Assembly (NCBI RefSeq): GCF_000485595.1
Contig: NW_014577064.1
Location: 6,605 to 47,702 of the forward strand
DNA: 41,098 nucleotides
DNA from: Priapulus caudatus
Lineage: Eukaryota
Reading direction: 5' to 3'
The notes beneath the pieces are model-generated. The model had not been told where the DNA came from and made no database searches. It was given only the letters and a program-made list of their open reading frames with translations. The translations under genes were made by a program, and so were the position numbers. Positions 26,494-39,297 of the stretch are shown here, one piece after another; the first letter of the stretch is position 1, and every line of letters starts with the position of its first letter.

Positions 26494-29485
26494 GCTATAT
26501 CTGTGCACGAAATCTCTATTACTATAATAAATTAGAGCGCCGCTTTGTATGGCCATTCGGCGGCCAGTGCCACACTGACGTACACCAGGGGTATTAGCCG
26601 GACTCGAGGTGTGTATCAGCTATCTCGTACGGCGGTTGCTAGTTTTGGCTTTGATAGGCCTACTGATAGCATTTCCCTCACGCCGGTCTACTTGCGAATT
26701 ATGTGACTCTCTAAACTGTAGACAAAGATGCGACCCTAGTTACTGGCATGCAGGCATTTAAAATTAGAAATCGCATGCGACTTAATGCTTATTTAATCGA
26801 ACTCAATCGATCGTGCTTTATGAACTTAACGTGGCAGATTTACACTCCCAAAGTTCTTTTATGCAAGACTAGCTGCGACATACCTTTGGCGTATGCGGAT
26901 AAACTAATGTATTCGACGGTCCGCATGGGCATATTGGGCGTTCATCAGGTGCTATATTACCAAGAGTACATCTCTATTATGTATAGCTCTTGATATTACG
27001 GATCTATAATTATTATGATTAGGCAACGCCATTCACTGTACTATATGAGTAGGCATGACAGCTGTGACAGATTAGCACCGGCGTTGACAAATATGTAGGC
27101 TTAGGCGTGTTGTTGTTGTCCCTTATTAATCAGCGCTCGTTATTTTGTCCTGACGGTGTAAGGTGTCATATCCGTGATCGTCTTCGCGTGACGTATAGGC
27201 CGTACAGCGCGCGTCTGCTATCGCAGCGTCGTCGTCGTCTGTTAGCGTACGTTCGCAGCAGTCACGCTGTCTAACCGCCAACGTCGTCGTCGTCGTGATC
27301 GTTACGTAAGTTCGCAGACCGCTTCTAATCGCCAACGTCGTCGTCGGTGTCGTTTACGTACGTTCGCAGGGCACCGCTGCTGCTCTCTGCCAAGCGTCGT
27401 CGTCGTCTGTTAGCGTACGTTCGTAGCGTTTTTCTTATCGTCAACGTCGTTCGTCGTCGTTTTTCGCGTGAGCGGTTCATAGCGCAATGACGTTTGCTAT
27501 GCATCAACGCGTCGTCGATCGTCGTGCAGAAACCAGCCGCGACTCATCTACGTGAGGCACGTGCCGCCGTGTTTCCTCGTCCTTCATTCCATTTCGCCGA
27601 GCGTTTCGCCGCATTACGTAATGACATTATGCAAGGGCGGGCCGCGGCAGTTACGCATCGGCGAGTATGCATATGACGTACCTAAGCCTATGAATACCTT
27701 TTATCTTTTTTTTTAGGGTTAGGGTTCCGGGTTTAGGTTAGGTTTAGGGTTTAGGTTAGGTTAGCGCGTTTTCAGGGTTTTTTTTTTTTTAGTGCTAGTA
27801 GTCATATCTAAGTGCCCTAGTACTCATATCATATCGCATGCTAACTGCCGGGTCGCGTGCCTGCAGCCGTGCTGCCCCATTCTTATAGCGGGACCCACGC
27901 TATGCGGCTCAGACACAGACGCAATAGAGAACGAAGCGCGAGACGTATACGCGATGAAAGGCGGTGGGGCGCGGGCGGTCTCTTGGCGCCTCGCGCTTTT
28001 CTCGCCATCGCTTGGCGACGTATCAGTCGGGCGACTTTGATCTTAAGGCAGCGGATTGGATGCACCTTCGCGCACGCGTTACGATGTGAGGGTGCGTACG
28101 AATATTTGGACTATAACAAATATTTTTGGGGTCCTTGCAAAGCGCGACTGTATTTGGAGCGCTTTGAACAGCGGCATCGGTATACAGGCTGCGAGCATGT
28201 AGAGTTACGCTGGACACGCATAGTCTGACTCGAAGATGTAGCCTTTTGTTTATTCTCAGAAATTGTTTTCAGCACTTGTGCGTCGCATGGGCGGTGCGAC
28301 CGCTTCATGACTACATAACGCGGCGCTAGCCTACGCGACCCAGATGACGGGCTGCTTCAACACACACACACACAACGTGGGGGCCTGCAACACGCTGCTT
28401 CTCGCCACTTGTCACTCTAGGCGGCGGGCGATACACAGGCAGGCGAGCTACGGTTGACACGAAACGAGCACTGGTGACACGGCACGAGCATGGTGAACGA
28501 AAAGAGCATGGTGACACGAACGTAGCGGAAGGGGGAGCATGTTTGTCAGGACACGGGATATGGTGGCACGACGCGAGCATCGGTGACACGCGACCAGGCA
28601 TTATGGCACGAAGAGGCATGCGACGTGACAGCAGGCATGGTGAGTGACACAGGCCTGGTGAGGGCACGGACATGAGACTACCGACACGCGGGCATGGTGA
28701 CACGACACGATACAGCCATGCAACACAACACAAGCTGGCGACAACCAGCATGGTGAGGAGAGCAAGGCATAGGTGAGGTGACACAGACATGATAAACCGT
28801 GACACACGTGCACGTGACACGCCACGAGGCATGGTGAAGGAAGCGAGCATGGTGCACACGACCGAGGCATGGTGACAACCAAAGCATTGGCGACAGCAGG
28901 CATGGTGAGGCGACACGAAGCATGGTGGACACGAAGAGGCTGGTGAGCACCGACAGAGCTCTCCAAGGCGTCTTTCGTTTTGGCTTCGCCTGCCGTTTCC
29001 AGGAACTCACAGTCCGGAGAACGTTTCGGGTGCTGATTGTTATCGATGCGCATCGGATTACGACAAGAAGCTAAGGAACTAACAGGTCGTGGAAGCGACA
29101 GGATGGGCGATGCACCGTCGATCGCTGTTAGCTTAGCCGTTAGTTGTTCTGTTCGGATGGCTCACCCTCGAATGGCGACGATGCTATCGCACCTCAACGG
29201 CTGGCGAGATCTCTTGTGCGCGTCTGCGCGATGCGGCTATATTATGGACGCCGTAAGAGCGAGGGGACCGCAATGAAGCCGGCGGCGGCAGGCGTCGTCT
29301 GCTTATAAGCCGCGGTCAGTTGCGGCGCTGGCAGGCGTCGTTGGAGCGCGGGGAAGTCTAGCGGGCGCGCGCATGCGCCTGCGAGATCTGTCATCGACTC
29401 AGCAACGTAGACTTTCACAGGCGTCGCAGCCGAGCGCGGCGCCTGTTGAGTGTTATACTAACGCCATGCGCTGCGCCACAGTTTT
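26494..29485. repeat. ~3-kb composite repeat A, copy 1 (indel-rich); probable non-autonomous transposable element
   Basis: Colinear with 36963-39807 from GCTATATCTGTGCACGAAATCTCTATTACTATAATAA to ...CTAACGCC..CCACAGTTTT. The flanks of the two copies differ on both sides. Confidence 0.85.
27642..27851. mobile_element. Telomeric-repeat MITE, degraded copy
   Basis: CGGCAGTTA... and ...CATATCATATCGCATGCTAACTGCCGG flank T-tract/TTAGG(G) repeats/T-tract. Homologous to 38047-38236. Confidence 0.7.
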
Positions 29486-29518
29486 ATCCAACCACTGAAG
29501 GTGTGCGGAGAGATGCGT

Positions 29519-29519
29519 G

Positions 29520-29579
<60 letters not shown>

Positions 29580-29950
29580 CAGAGAGAGGCAGAGAAGATA
29601 GATAGAGAGAGAGAGAGCGAAAGAGAGAGAGCGACTGAGAAAGAGAGAGCAGAGAGAGAGACCGAGAAGGCGACGTCCGCAGGCACAGCGCGGTGATGAA
29701 GAAGGAGGGAGAGGCCGAGAGATAGATAGAGAGAGAGAGAGGGAATGAGAACAAGAGAGGGAGGAGAGAACGAGAGAGAGCGAGAGAGAGACGAGAGAGA
29801 GGTATGAGAGAGCAGCCAGAGAGAGTGAGAGCAAGGCGAGAAAGAGATAGAGAGAGACAGAGGAGGAGCGAGGAAATGAGAGCAGAGGAGAGCGCAACGG
29901 CGAAGAAACGAGGAGAGAAAGAGAGAGAAGGAGAGGAGAAGCAAAGAGAC

Positions 29951-29992
<42 letters not shown>

Positions 29993-30921
29993 AAAGGCGA
30001 GAGATAGATTAGATAGAGCAGAGAGATAAGGAAAAAAACGAGAGAGAGGAGAAAGAGAGAGAGAGAAGAGGAGAGAGAGAGAGAGGAGAGAGAGAGTGCC
30101 GAAGGGAGAGAGAGAGAGAGAGTGAGAGCAGCGAGAAGGAGAAAGAGAAGAGAGAGAGAGAGAGGAGAGAGAGACAGAGAGGAGGGCAGAGAGATAGATG
30201 AGAGGAGGATAGCGAGAGAGAGAGAGATAGGGGAATGAGAAGCGAGAGAGAGAGAGAGAGAGAGAGAGCAGCAGAGAAGAGAGAGAGAGAAAGAGAGAGA
30301 CAGAGAGAGAGCCGAGGTCAGAGAGATAGATAGAGAAAGAGAGAGAGAGACAGAGAGAGAGAGAGGGAGAGAGAGAGAGAGAGATGAGAGAGAGAGAGGG
30401 AATGGACGCAGAGAGAGAGAGAGGGCCGAGGAGAGCGCAGCGAGTCAAAGCAGAGAGCGAGCGCGATGAGAACAGACAAGAGATGATGCAGAGCGCAGAG
30501 GAAGAGAGAGCGGAGAGAGACAGACAAGCAAGAAGATAGCGGATCGGACCGAGCGGAGAGAGAGAAGAGAAAAGAGAGGAAGAAAGAGAGAGAGAGAGAA
30601 GCGAAACGTACGAAGAGGGAGAGAAGAGCCGAGAGGAGAGAGAGAGGAGAGAGAGAAGAAGAACTTCTGAGCGCGTGGGTGCGTGTGCAACAAGCGAAGT
30701 AGAGGAGCCGATACGAGACCGAGAGAGAGAGAGAAGGCGTGAAGACATGAGAGAGAGAAAAGAGAGACCGAAACAGAGCGCAGGCAAAAACTTCAGTAGA
30801 TGACAGACGAGAGCATAGAGAGCGAGAAGGAGACGACAGAGAGAGGGAGAGAGAGAGAGAGGAGAGAGAGATGAGAGAGAGAGAGAGAGAGAAGAAAGGA
30901 GCGAGAGAAAGAGAGAGAGAG
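29519..30921. repeat. Long degenerate (GA)n tract
   Basis: ~1.4 kb of GA-rich sequence, the source of the Ser/Leu-rich 444-aa spurious ORF. Confidence 0.93.
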
Positions 30922-31125
30922 ACGATGGGCAAGCTGCATGTGCTCGGACAAACCGCTCGTCACGACGTAACCATTACGGCCTGCAATACAGGCAGGCGAC
31001 GTTGTGTGTGTGGTGTGTGTGTGTGTGTGTGTCGTGGTGTGTGTGTGTGTGTGGTGGTGTGTGTGTGTGTGTGTGTGCTGTGATGTAGTGTGTGTGTGCG
31101 CCGCGCCGCGCGCGCGCGCGTGTGT

Positions 31126-31171
<46 letters not shown>

Positions 31172-32784
31172 GTGTGTGTGTGTGTGGTGGTGTGCGCACG
31201 GCCGTACGGTACGCTACACCATGACGCACGTCACGCGCCGGCCGCCGCCCGCGCGCCGCCGGCCGACCGAGACCATCATGCTGTCGCGCGGAGCGCAAGC
31301 CCTCTAACCGACATGGGACGCGTACAGGTGGCAAGCGCGCGCGTCATCCACGCAAACAGTTTTGTCAAGAGGTGGCACTGTTCCGCCGTGAAGTCTGCTC
31401 GGCGGTGACAGCAGTCATCCGATGGATGCTGACACTCGATACGCGCTGCTAAAATAATTCGTTGAGCAGGGGCAACGACGTATCAAGCAAGCGGATCGGT
31501 CTACGCGCGCCGCCAGCGCAGAATGCCAGTCCACGTCGCTCGTGGTGGGCGAGCTCTCGGCTCCCGGTTGCGATAAAGTGAGGGGATAATGTATAAAGCT
31601 AGTTCATACACGCTAAACACTCCACGCGCAAACAATGCTGTGAAAACTCAAGCGATGCGTAGTACGCTGCAGTCGGCACCCGGCAGCCGGTGTTCGGCAG
31701 TCTATTATGCAAGCGATTACGTTACTACGTTGTTGCGCAGGTTTTGTGTTCTCGTATGGTTGCGGCACAGGGTGAACGGTGCATACGTTTACCATTATTT
31801 CGACATTGTCAGACTAAACTCGATGCTCGATCAAAGAGGGTTGTCAGATGTAGATCGGCTGTCAGAGCATAGGTGTCGTATGACGCACGCACGTGACGCA
31901 CGCACGCGTCATATAACGCACGCACGCATCATCTATCGATCGATCTCGCTATCTATCTATCTATGCTATGCTATCTATGCTATCTTCTATCTCTGCCTAT
32001 ATATATACATGTTTAGATGTCATCTACTCTATCTAAAGCTATCTATCTATGCTATATATGTATCCTATCTATCTATATTTATATATCATTGTATGCTATC
32101 TATCTATAGTAAGCTAAGTCTATCTCATCTTATCTATCTACTCTAATCTATCTATTATCGGTCTGTCTGTTTCTATCTATCTATCTATCTATTAACTATC
32201 TATCTATCTATGCTATCTATCGTATCCTATCTATCATATCATATATCAGGTCTGTCTGATCTATCTATCTATCTATCTATCTATCCTATCTACTTTTATC
32301 CTACTCTAATCTATCTAATCTATCTTATCTATCTATCTATCTATCTCATCTAATCCATCAATCAATCTAGTCTGATCTAGTCTATCTATTAATTTATCTC
32401 ATCTATCTTCTATCCTACCTACCTATTGACTATCCTCATCTATCTATCTATAATATTTTATCATTATTATATATAACTATGTCTGGTCTGTCTGTCTGTC
32501 TATTATGGCTATACTATCTCTCTCTATCGCTATTATGGCTGTGTGTGTTGTGTGGTGTGTGTGTGATGTGTCGTGTCGTGTGTGCGCTGTGCGTGTGCCG
32601 TGGTGCGTCGTGGCGTGTGCGCGTCGCGCCGTGTGCGGGTCTGGTGCGTGCGTGCGTAGTGCGTGTGCGTGTGTGTATCTTATTATTCGTTAATTTGTGC
32701 TTGCCCCTTATTTCTTTATTTTTTTATTTATGTGTATTATGTGATGTATTTTATCATTATAATTTACATGAGTTTTACATCAAT
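30921..32784. repeat. Duplicated segment B, copy 1 (left of the 25-N gap)
   Basis: Colinear with ~33094-34798. Shared blocks include CCAGTCCACGTCGCTCGTGGTGGGCGAGCTCTCGGCTCCCGGTTGCGATAAA and the same TG and TATC tracts in the same order. Confidence 0.9.
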
Positions 32785-32788
32785 CGGC

Positions 32789-32813
32789 NNNNNNNNNNNN
32801 NNNNNNNNNNNNN
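32789..32813. other. 25-N assembly gap
   Basis: Exactly 25 Ns. Confidence 0.98.
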
Positions 32814-32825
32814 AGATGATGAGAA

Positions 32826-32867
<42 letters not shown>

Positions 32868-33093
32868 GAGAGAGAGAGGAGAGAGAGCCGAGAGAGAGAG
32901 AGTAAGAAAGAGCGGAGAGAGACGAGAGAGAGAGAGAGAGAGAAGAGAAGAGGAGACAGCAAAGAGGCAGAAAGATAGATAGAGAGAAAGAGATGTAGAG
33001 ACAGAGAGAGCGGAGAGAGAGAGAAGAGAGAGAGAGACAGGCGAGAAGAGAGAGAGAGAGAAAGGAGACAGAAGAGAATAGAGAGAGAGAGAA

Positions 33094-33225
33094 GAGATCG
33101 GAAGGCTCAATGTTCGCGAACAAACACTCGTCGCCCTCAACGAACGTAACCATTAGCCCTGCCAAATAACAGAGCGCGACGGTGTGTGTGGTGTGTGTGT
33201 GTGTGTGTGTGTGTGTATCGTGTGA

Positions 33226-33257
<32 letters not shown>

Positions 33258-34798
33258 GTGTGTGTGTATGTGTGTGTGCGCCGCGCGCGCAGCGCGCGTT
33301 GTGCTGTGTGTTGTGTGCTGTGTGTGTGTGTGGTGTGTTGTGTGTGTGGTCGTGTGTGCTGTGTGTGCGCGCACGTACGTACGCTACACATGACGACGTC
33401 ACGTCGCCGGCCGCAGCCGCCGACCGGCCGACCGACCCATCATGCTGTCGCCGGAGCCAGCCTCTAACCGACATGGGAACGCGTACAGGTGCAAGCGCGC
33501 GCGTATCCCGCAAACAGTTTTGTCAACACGGTGCATGTTCGCCGTGAAAGCTCTCCGGTGACACATCATCGATGGATGCTGACACTCGATATCGCTGCTA
33601 AAATATTCGTTGACAGGGCAACGACAGGTATCAACAGCGATCGGTTTCCACGCCCGCCGCGCTGACATCCAGTCCACGTCGCTCGTGGTGGGCGAGCTCT
33701 CGGCTCCCGGTTGCGATAAAAGTGAGGATAATGTATAAGCCTACGTTCATTACACGCTAAAACACTTGCCGACGCGCAAACAAGTGCTGTCGATAAACTC
33801 AAGGCGATGCGTGTACGAGGCAGTCGCATCCGCCAGCCGTGTTCGCGTCTATTATGAAGCGATTACGTTACTACCGTTGTTGCGCAGGTTTTGTCGTTCT
33901 CGTATGGTTGCCACCAGGGTGAACTGATACATTTACATTTTCGACATTGTCACTAAACTCGATGCTCGAGTCAAAGAGGGTTTTGTCAGCAACCTGTAGA
34001 TGCGCTGTCCCAGAAGCATAGGTGTCGTATCGACGCCAGCGCACGGTGATCGCCCGCACGCGTCAATATAACGCGACGCACTGCATCATCTACGGATCGA
34101 TCTCGCTTATCTATTCTATCTATCCTATCTATCTATATAGTATTGTATTATCTATCTTATCTATCTTATATATATATATTATCTATCTATCTATATATCA
34201 TATATATATTTATCTATCTATCTATCTAGCTATTATCCATATCTATTCTATATAATATAGGTCGTCTGTCTACCTATCTAATTTCTATGCTAATCTATCT
34301 TATCTATCTATCTAGCTATCGTTATCTTATTCAATTCGCAATCAATCTATTATCTATTACTTCTATAAATTTCTATCCTACTATGCTATGCTATCGATGC
34401 TACTCTATGCTATCTACCTTAATCTTATCTATCTTATCCTATCCGCTACCATATCTAACTATGCTAGTGCTATCTATGTATCTATCTATATATATATATA
34501 TATTATATTATATATATAATATATAAGTTTGTCTGCTGTCTATCTACTAATCTATCTATTGCTCTTCCATCTATCTACCGTGTGTGGTGTGTGGTGTGTG
34601 TGTGTGTGTGGTGGTGCGTGTGCGTGTGGCTGTGTGCGTCGTGCGTGTTGGCGCGTGTGCGCGTGTGCGCGTTGCGTGTGCTGTGTGGTATTTATTATTC
34701 GTGAATTTGTGTTCCTATTCTTTATTGTTTTTATTTAGTGTGTAAAATTTATGTGAATTTGATTTTATCATTAATAATTTACATGATTTTACATTAAA
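33094..34798. repeat. Duplicated segment B, copy 2 (right of the 25-N gap)
   Basis: Homologous to copy 1. The differences are mostly 1-2 bp indels. Confidence 0.9.
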
Positions 34799-35039
34799 TA
34801 TCATCAAGAGTAGATAATAGGGAAAATAATTCCTTATTATCTACTCCTGATATTATGTATGTATTTATGTATTATATTGATATATATTATATTATTTATT
34901 ATTTAATTTTATTTATATATTTATTTATTTTTACTTTATTTATTATTTATTTATTTATTTTATTTATTTATTTATGCTATATTCGGGTGCTATATTCACG
35001 CGGGCGGGAGTTTGTATTTGGCCGCATACATGCGAAGGC

Positions 35040-35327
35040 GCGCGTGCGTATGTGCGTGTGCATGCATGATGTGTGGTGAGGCCCCCTGACTTGGCATCGT
35101 GCATGCGGTGTGGGGCATGCGCGTGCGTGTATGTGTGCTTGCGTGCGTGTGCGCGTGCGTGTGTGTGCGCGTGTGCGAGCGTGCGTGCATATACATGTGC
35201 ATATATGTGTGCGTGCTTGCGTGCGTGTGCGTGCGTCTATATATGACATCAATATAAATATATATATATCGGGCTTGTGCTGTGCGTGTGGTGTGTGTGC
35301 CCACACACCTACGAACACACACACACA

Positions 35328-35365
<38 letters not shown>

Positions 35366-35915
35366 GCACACCACTAGCACACATACACACACCAGCACAC
35401 ACACACACACTACACACACACAAACAACAACCTACAACACCACACACACGCACACACACAACACACACGACAACACACACACACACACCAGCACACCACA
35501 CACACACACCCACACACCAGCAGCACACACACACCACACCAAAAGTACCCGAACATGCGTCAAACTGTATATCGTATATAAGCTCAATAATCATAATAAG
35601 CGTGGTTTGGCATAAACAGCTCAGTATGGCCTCACAAGTAAGTTTTTCTGTACTTTAAAATCGTTCACCGTGGTGCATTGTCGCTTCTCCCGTCTGTAAT
35701 ATGTGTGCGTGGAGAGACAGAGAGCAGAAGGGAGAGAGAGAAAGAAGAAGGGGTGGAGGAAAGATGCAAGTGAACAATTAAGGACGTGGAGTGAAAGAGG
35801 AGAAAAAGAAAGAGAGAGAGAGAGAAGAAGAGAGAGAGCGCGCGAGCGAGTGAGAGAAAGAGAGAGAGAGAGAGAGAGGAGAGAGCCGAGAGAGAGCGAG
35901 AGCGAGAGAGAGACC

Positions 35916-35954
<39 letters not shown>

Positions 35955-36451
35955 TGAAGGAGAGAGAGAGAGAGAGAGAGAGAGCGCGAGCGAGAAGAGC
36001 CAAACAGTGAGAGGCTGTGTAGAAACAGTGTAGTTTGCTGCTGCTGCTGCAGTCACATCAGTATGTAGATTATGTGGGTTTAGCTACACAAGGGTATGTT
36101 GAATTTACTGATGCGATTCTATTTGTTCAATAAAACTTCCTTTGTATTATTGCATTATGTAGCTTTCTGAGCAAATAAACTCGGTTAGTTCAACCTATCT
36201 GTGTGTAACTGAATCTACATGATAATGACACAGCGGGATGCGATCTCCGCTGTAGGCCTACATATGTTTTTTGACTAGCGTCTATATCTATAGACACACA
36301 CACACACATACGCACACATAGACACACACACACATACACACGCACACACGCACACGCACGCACGCAGGCACGCACGCACGCACGCACGCACACACGCACG
36401 CACGCACGCACACACGCACGCACGCACGCACACACACACACACACACACAC
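35040..36451. repeat. Microsatellite cluster: (TGCG)n, (CA)n, (GA)n, (CACG)n
   Basis: Successive low-complexity tracts at ~35040-35235, 35302-35540, 35790-35998 and 36294-36451. Confidence 0.9.
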
Positions 36452-37614
36452 TTCCAATTTGTAAATGTGAGAATACGCGAAACCCTTCTTTAGCAACCGT
36501 CGATGGTATTACCATACGTGCTCTGCTCTTCTACGGTATTACGGCATTACCAGTAAACAAATCCCTTTAGGCGCCGCCATGTTTAATGTGCCGATCACGT
36601 GACACGCGCCAGCAGAAGAGAGGCGAATGAAGACAGCGATGTCTGCCTGCTCGAGCAAACAACTAAAAGCAACAGCACAAACAAACACGCGTGCCGGCGG
36701 CCGGGTGCATATATCGCTACGTTTCGCCGACCTTGTTGCAATAATGGTCATTTTCACGCGCTGTTTTGTTGCATGAGATGTCTGCCTGTCGTTGCGTACA
36801 GTGGCCGGGAGAATGACAATGCGCGGGGGACAGACGCTGCTCGGGCGTACATCAAAGTCCGCGCCGTGTCATGTTCGATCACATAGTGTCTGCGGGCGGT
36901 GGTGTACACGCACACATCTATACATACGCACATGCACCCTCACACACACTCATACACACACAGCTATATCTGTGCACGAAATCTCTATTACTATAATAAC
37001 ATAAAGCGCCGCTTTGTATGCCCATTTCCGCCAGTGCAACTGACGTACACCAGGGGTATTACCGGACTCGAGTGTGTAGTATTAGTACGCTCTACGGACG
37101 CTGCTAGTTTGGCTTTATAGGCCTACTTGATAGCATTTCCCTCACCGGTCTACTTGCGAAATTATGTGACTCTCTAACTCACTACTAACTGTAACAAACT
37201 GCGACCTAGTTACTGCATCACATTTAAAATTAGAAATCGCATCGACTTAATCTATCTAATCGATCTCAATCGATCGGTCTTTATCGACTTAAAGCGTGCA
37301 GATTTACACACCCAAAAGTTCTTTATGCAAGAGTAGCCGAATACCTTTGCGTATGCGGATGAACGTACTGTATTCGACGCCGCATGCATATCTGGCGTTC
37401 ATCAGGTGTATATTACCAAGAGTACATCTCCTATTATGTACTCTTGATATTACGGATCTATAATTATTATGATTAGGCACGCCATTCACTATACTATATA
37501 AGTAGCATCAGCTGCGACAGATTAGCAACGCGTGACAAATATGTAGCTTAGGCGTGTTGTTGTTGTCCCTTATTATCAGCTCGTTATTGCCTGACGGTGT
37601 AAGTGTCATATCCG

Positions 37615-37940
37615 CTATCGTCCTTCGTGACGTATAGCCGCAGCGCCGTCTGCTATCGCCAACGTCGTCGTCGTCTGTTACGTACGTTCGCAGCACCGCT
37701 GTCTATCGCCAACGTCGTCGTCGTCGTCTGTTACGTACATTCGCAGCGCCGCTCGCTATCGCCAACGTCGTCGTCGTCGTCGGTTACGTACGTTCGCAGC
37801 ACCGCTCTTTATCGCCAACGTCGTCGTCGTCTGTTACGTACGTTCGTAGCGTCTTCTGCTATCGCCAACGACGTCGTCGTCGTCTTTCGTGACGCATAGC
37901 CACAATGACGTTTGCTATCATCAACGTCGTCATCGTCGTC
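37615..37940. repeat. 50-53-bp tandem array inside repeat A (counterpart ~27175-27525)
   Basis: Unit ATCGCCAA(CGT)nCTGTTACGTACGTTCGCAGCACCGCTGTCT starts at 37655, 37705, 37758, 37811 and 37861. Length varies with the number of CGT triplets. Confidence 0.92.
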
Positions 37941-38046
37941 AGAAACAGCGCGACTCAATTACGGAGGCACGTGCCGCCGTTACCTTCCTCCGTACTTATC
38001 TCCATTCCCGAGCGATTCGCATTACGTAAGACATTATGACGGCGGG

Positions 38047-38236
38047 CCGGCAGTTAGATGCGATATGATATGACTACTAAAATATGAATACTTTTTTTTT
38101 TTAGGGTTAGGGTTAGGGTTTAGGTTAGGTTTAGGGTTTAGGTTAGGTTAGGGTTTTAGGGGTTTTTTTTTTTTAAGTGCCTAGTAGTCATATCCTAAGT
38201 GCCTAGTAGTCATATCATATCGCATCTAACTGCCGG
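38047..38236. mobile_element. 190-bp MITE-like element with perfect 33-bp TIRs and an internal telomere-like repeat
   Basis: 38047-38079 CCGGCAGTTAGATGCGATATGATATGACTACTA is the exact reverse complement of 38204-38236. Interior is a T-tract, mixed TTAGGG/TTTAGGG/TTAGG, then another T-tract. Confidence 0.8.
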
Positions 38237-38723
38237 GTGCGTGCTGAGCGCCTGCCATTCTATAGCGGGACCACGCTACTCGCGGCTCCAGACACACGCA
38301 ATAGAGAAACGAGCGGAGACAGTCTACGCGATGAAAGCGAGTAGGGCGCGGGCGTCTCTTGCGCCTCGCGCTTTCTCGCCATCGCTTGTCGACGTATCAG
38401 TCGGGCGACTTTGATCTAAGGACGGATTGGGATGCACCCTTCGCGCACGCGTTACGATGTGAGGGCGCGTAAGAATATTTGCGACTATAAACAAATCATT
38501 TGCCTTGCAAACGCGACTGCACTGGAGCGCTTGAACAGCGCATCGCTATACATGTAGAGTTACGTGAACGCATAGTCTGACTCAATTAGCTTTTGTTTTA
38601 TTCTCAGAAATGTTTCAAGCACTTGTGCGTCCAATGCGGTGCGACCGCCTTCATGACTACATAACGCGCGCTAGCTACGCGACCCAGATGCGACTGCTTC
38701 TCGCACACTTGTCAACTCTACCA

Positions 38724-39297
38724 CATGGTGACACGACACGAGCATGACGACACAACACAAGAATGGTGACGCGACACAGGCACGGTGACACGACACGAGC
38801 ATGGTGACACGACACGGATATGGTGACACGACACGAGCATGGTGACACGACACAGGTATGATGACACGACAGAGGCATGGCGACGTGACACAGGCATGGC
38901 GACGTGACACAGGCATGGTGACGTGACACAGGCATGGTGACACGGCACGGACATGATGATACGACACGGGCATGGTGACACGACACGACAGAGGCATGCT
39001 GACACAACACGGACATGGTGACACGACACGACAGAGGCATGCTGACACAACACGGACATGGTGACACGATACGAGCATGGCCACACAACACAAGCATGGC
39101 GACACAAGCATGGTGAGGAGACAGGCATGGTGAGGTGACACAGACATGATAACGTGACACAGGCACGGTGACACGACACGATCATGGTGACACGACACGA
39201 TCATGGTGACATGACACGAGCATGGTGACACGACAGAGGCATGGTGACACGACAGAGGCATAGTGACACGACCGACGCAGGGTGACGCGACACGAGC
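38724..39297. repeat. ~19-bp minisatellite inside repeat A (counterpart ~28450-28960)
   Basis: Unit CATGGTGACACGACACGAG and variants. It produces the Cys/His/Val-rich spurious ORFs. Confidence 0.92.

Noticed and set aside
29453..30787. 444-aa ORF and the other long Ser/Leu, His/Thr, Cys/Val and Arg/Glu ORFs
   Set aside because: They are translations of (CT/GA)n and (CA/TG)n microsatellites, open in several frames at once.
38101..38162. TTAGGG repeats as a chromosome end or fusion scar
   Set aside because: The tract is short, mixed in unit type, on one strand only, and enclosed by TIRs within a repeat.
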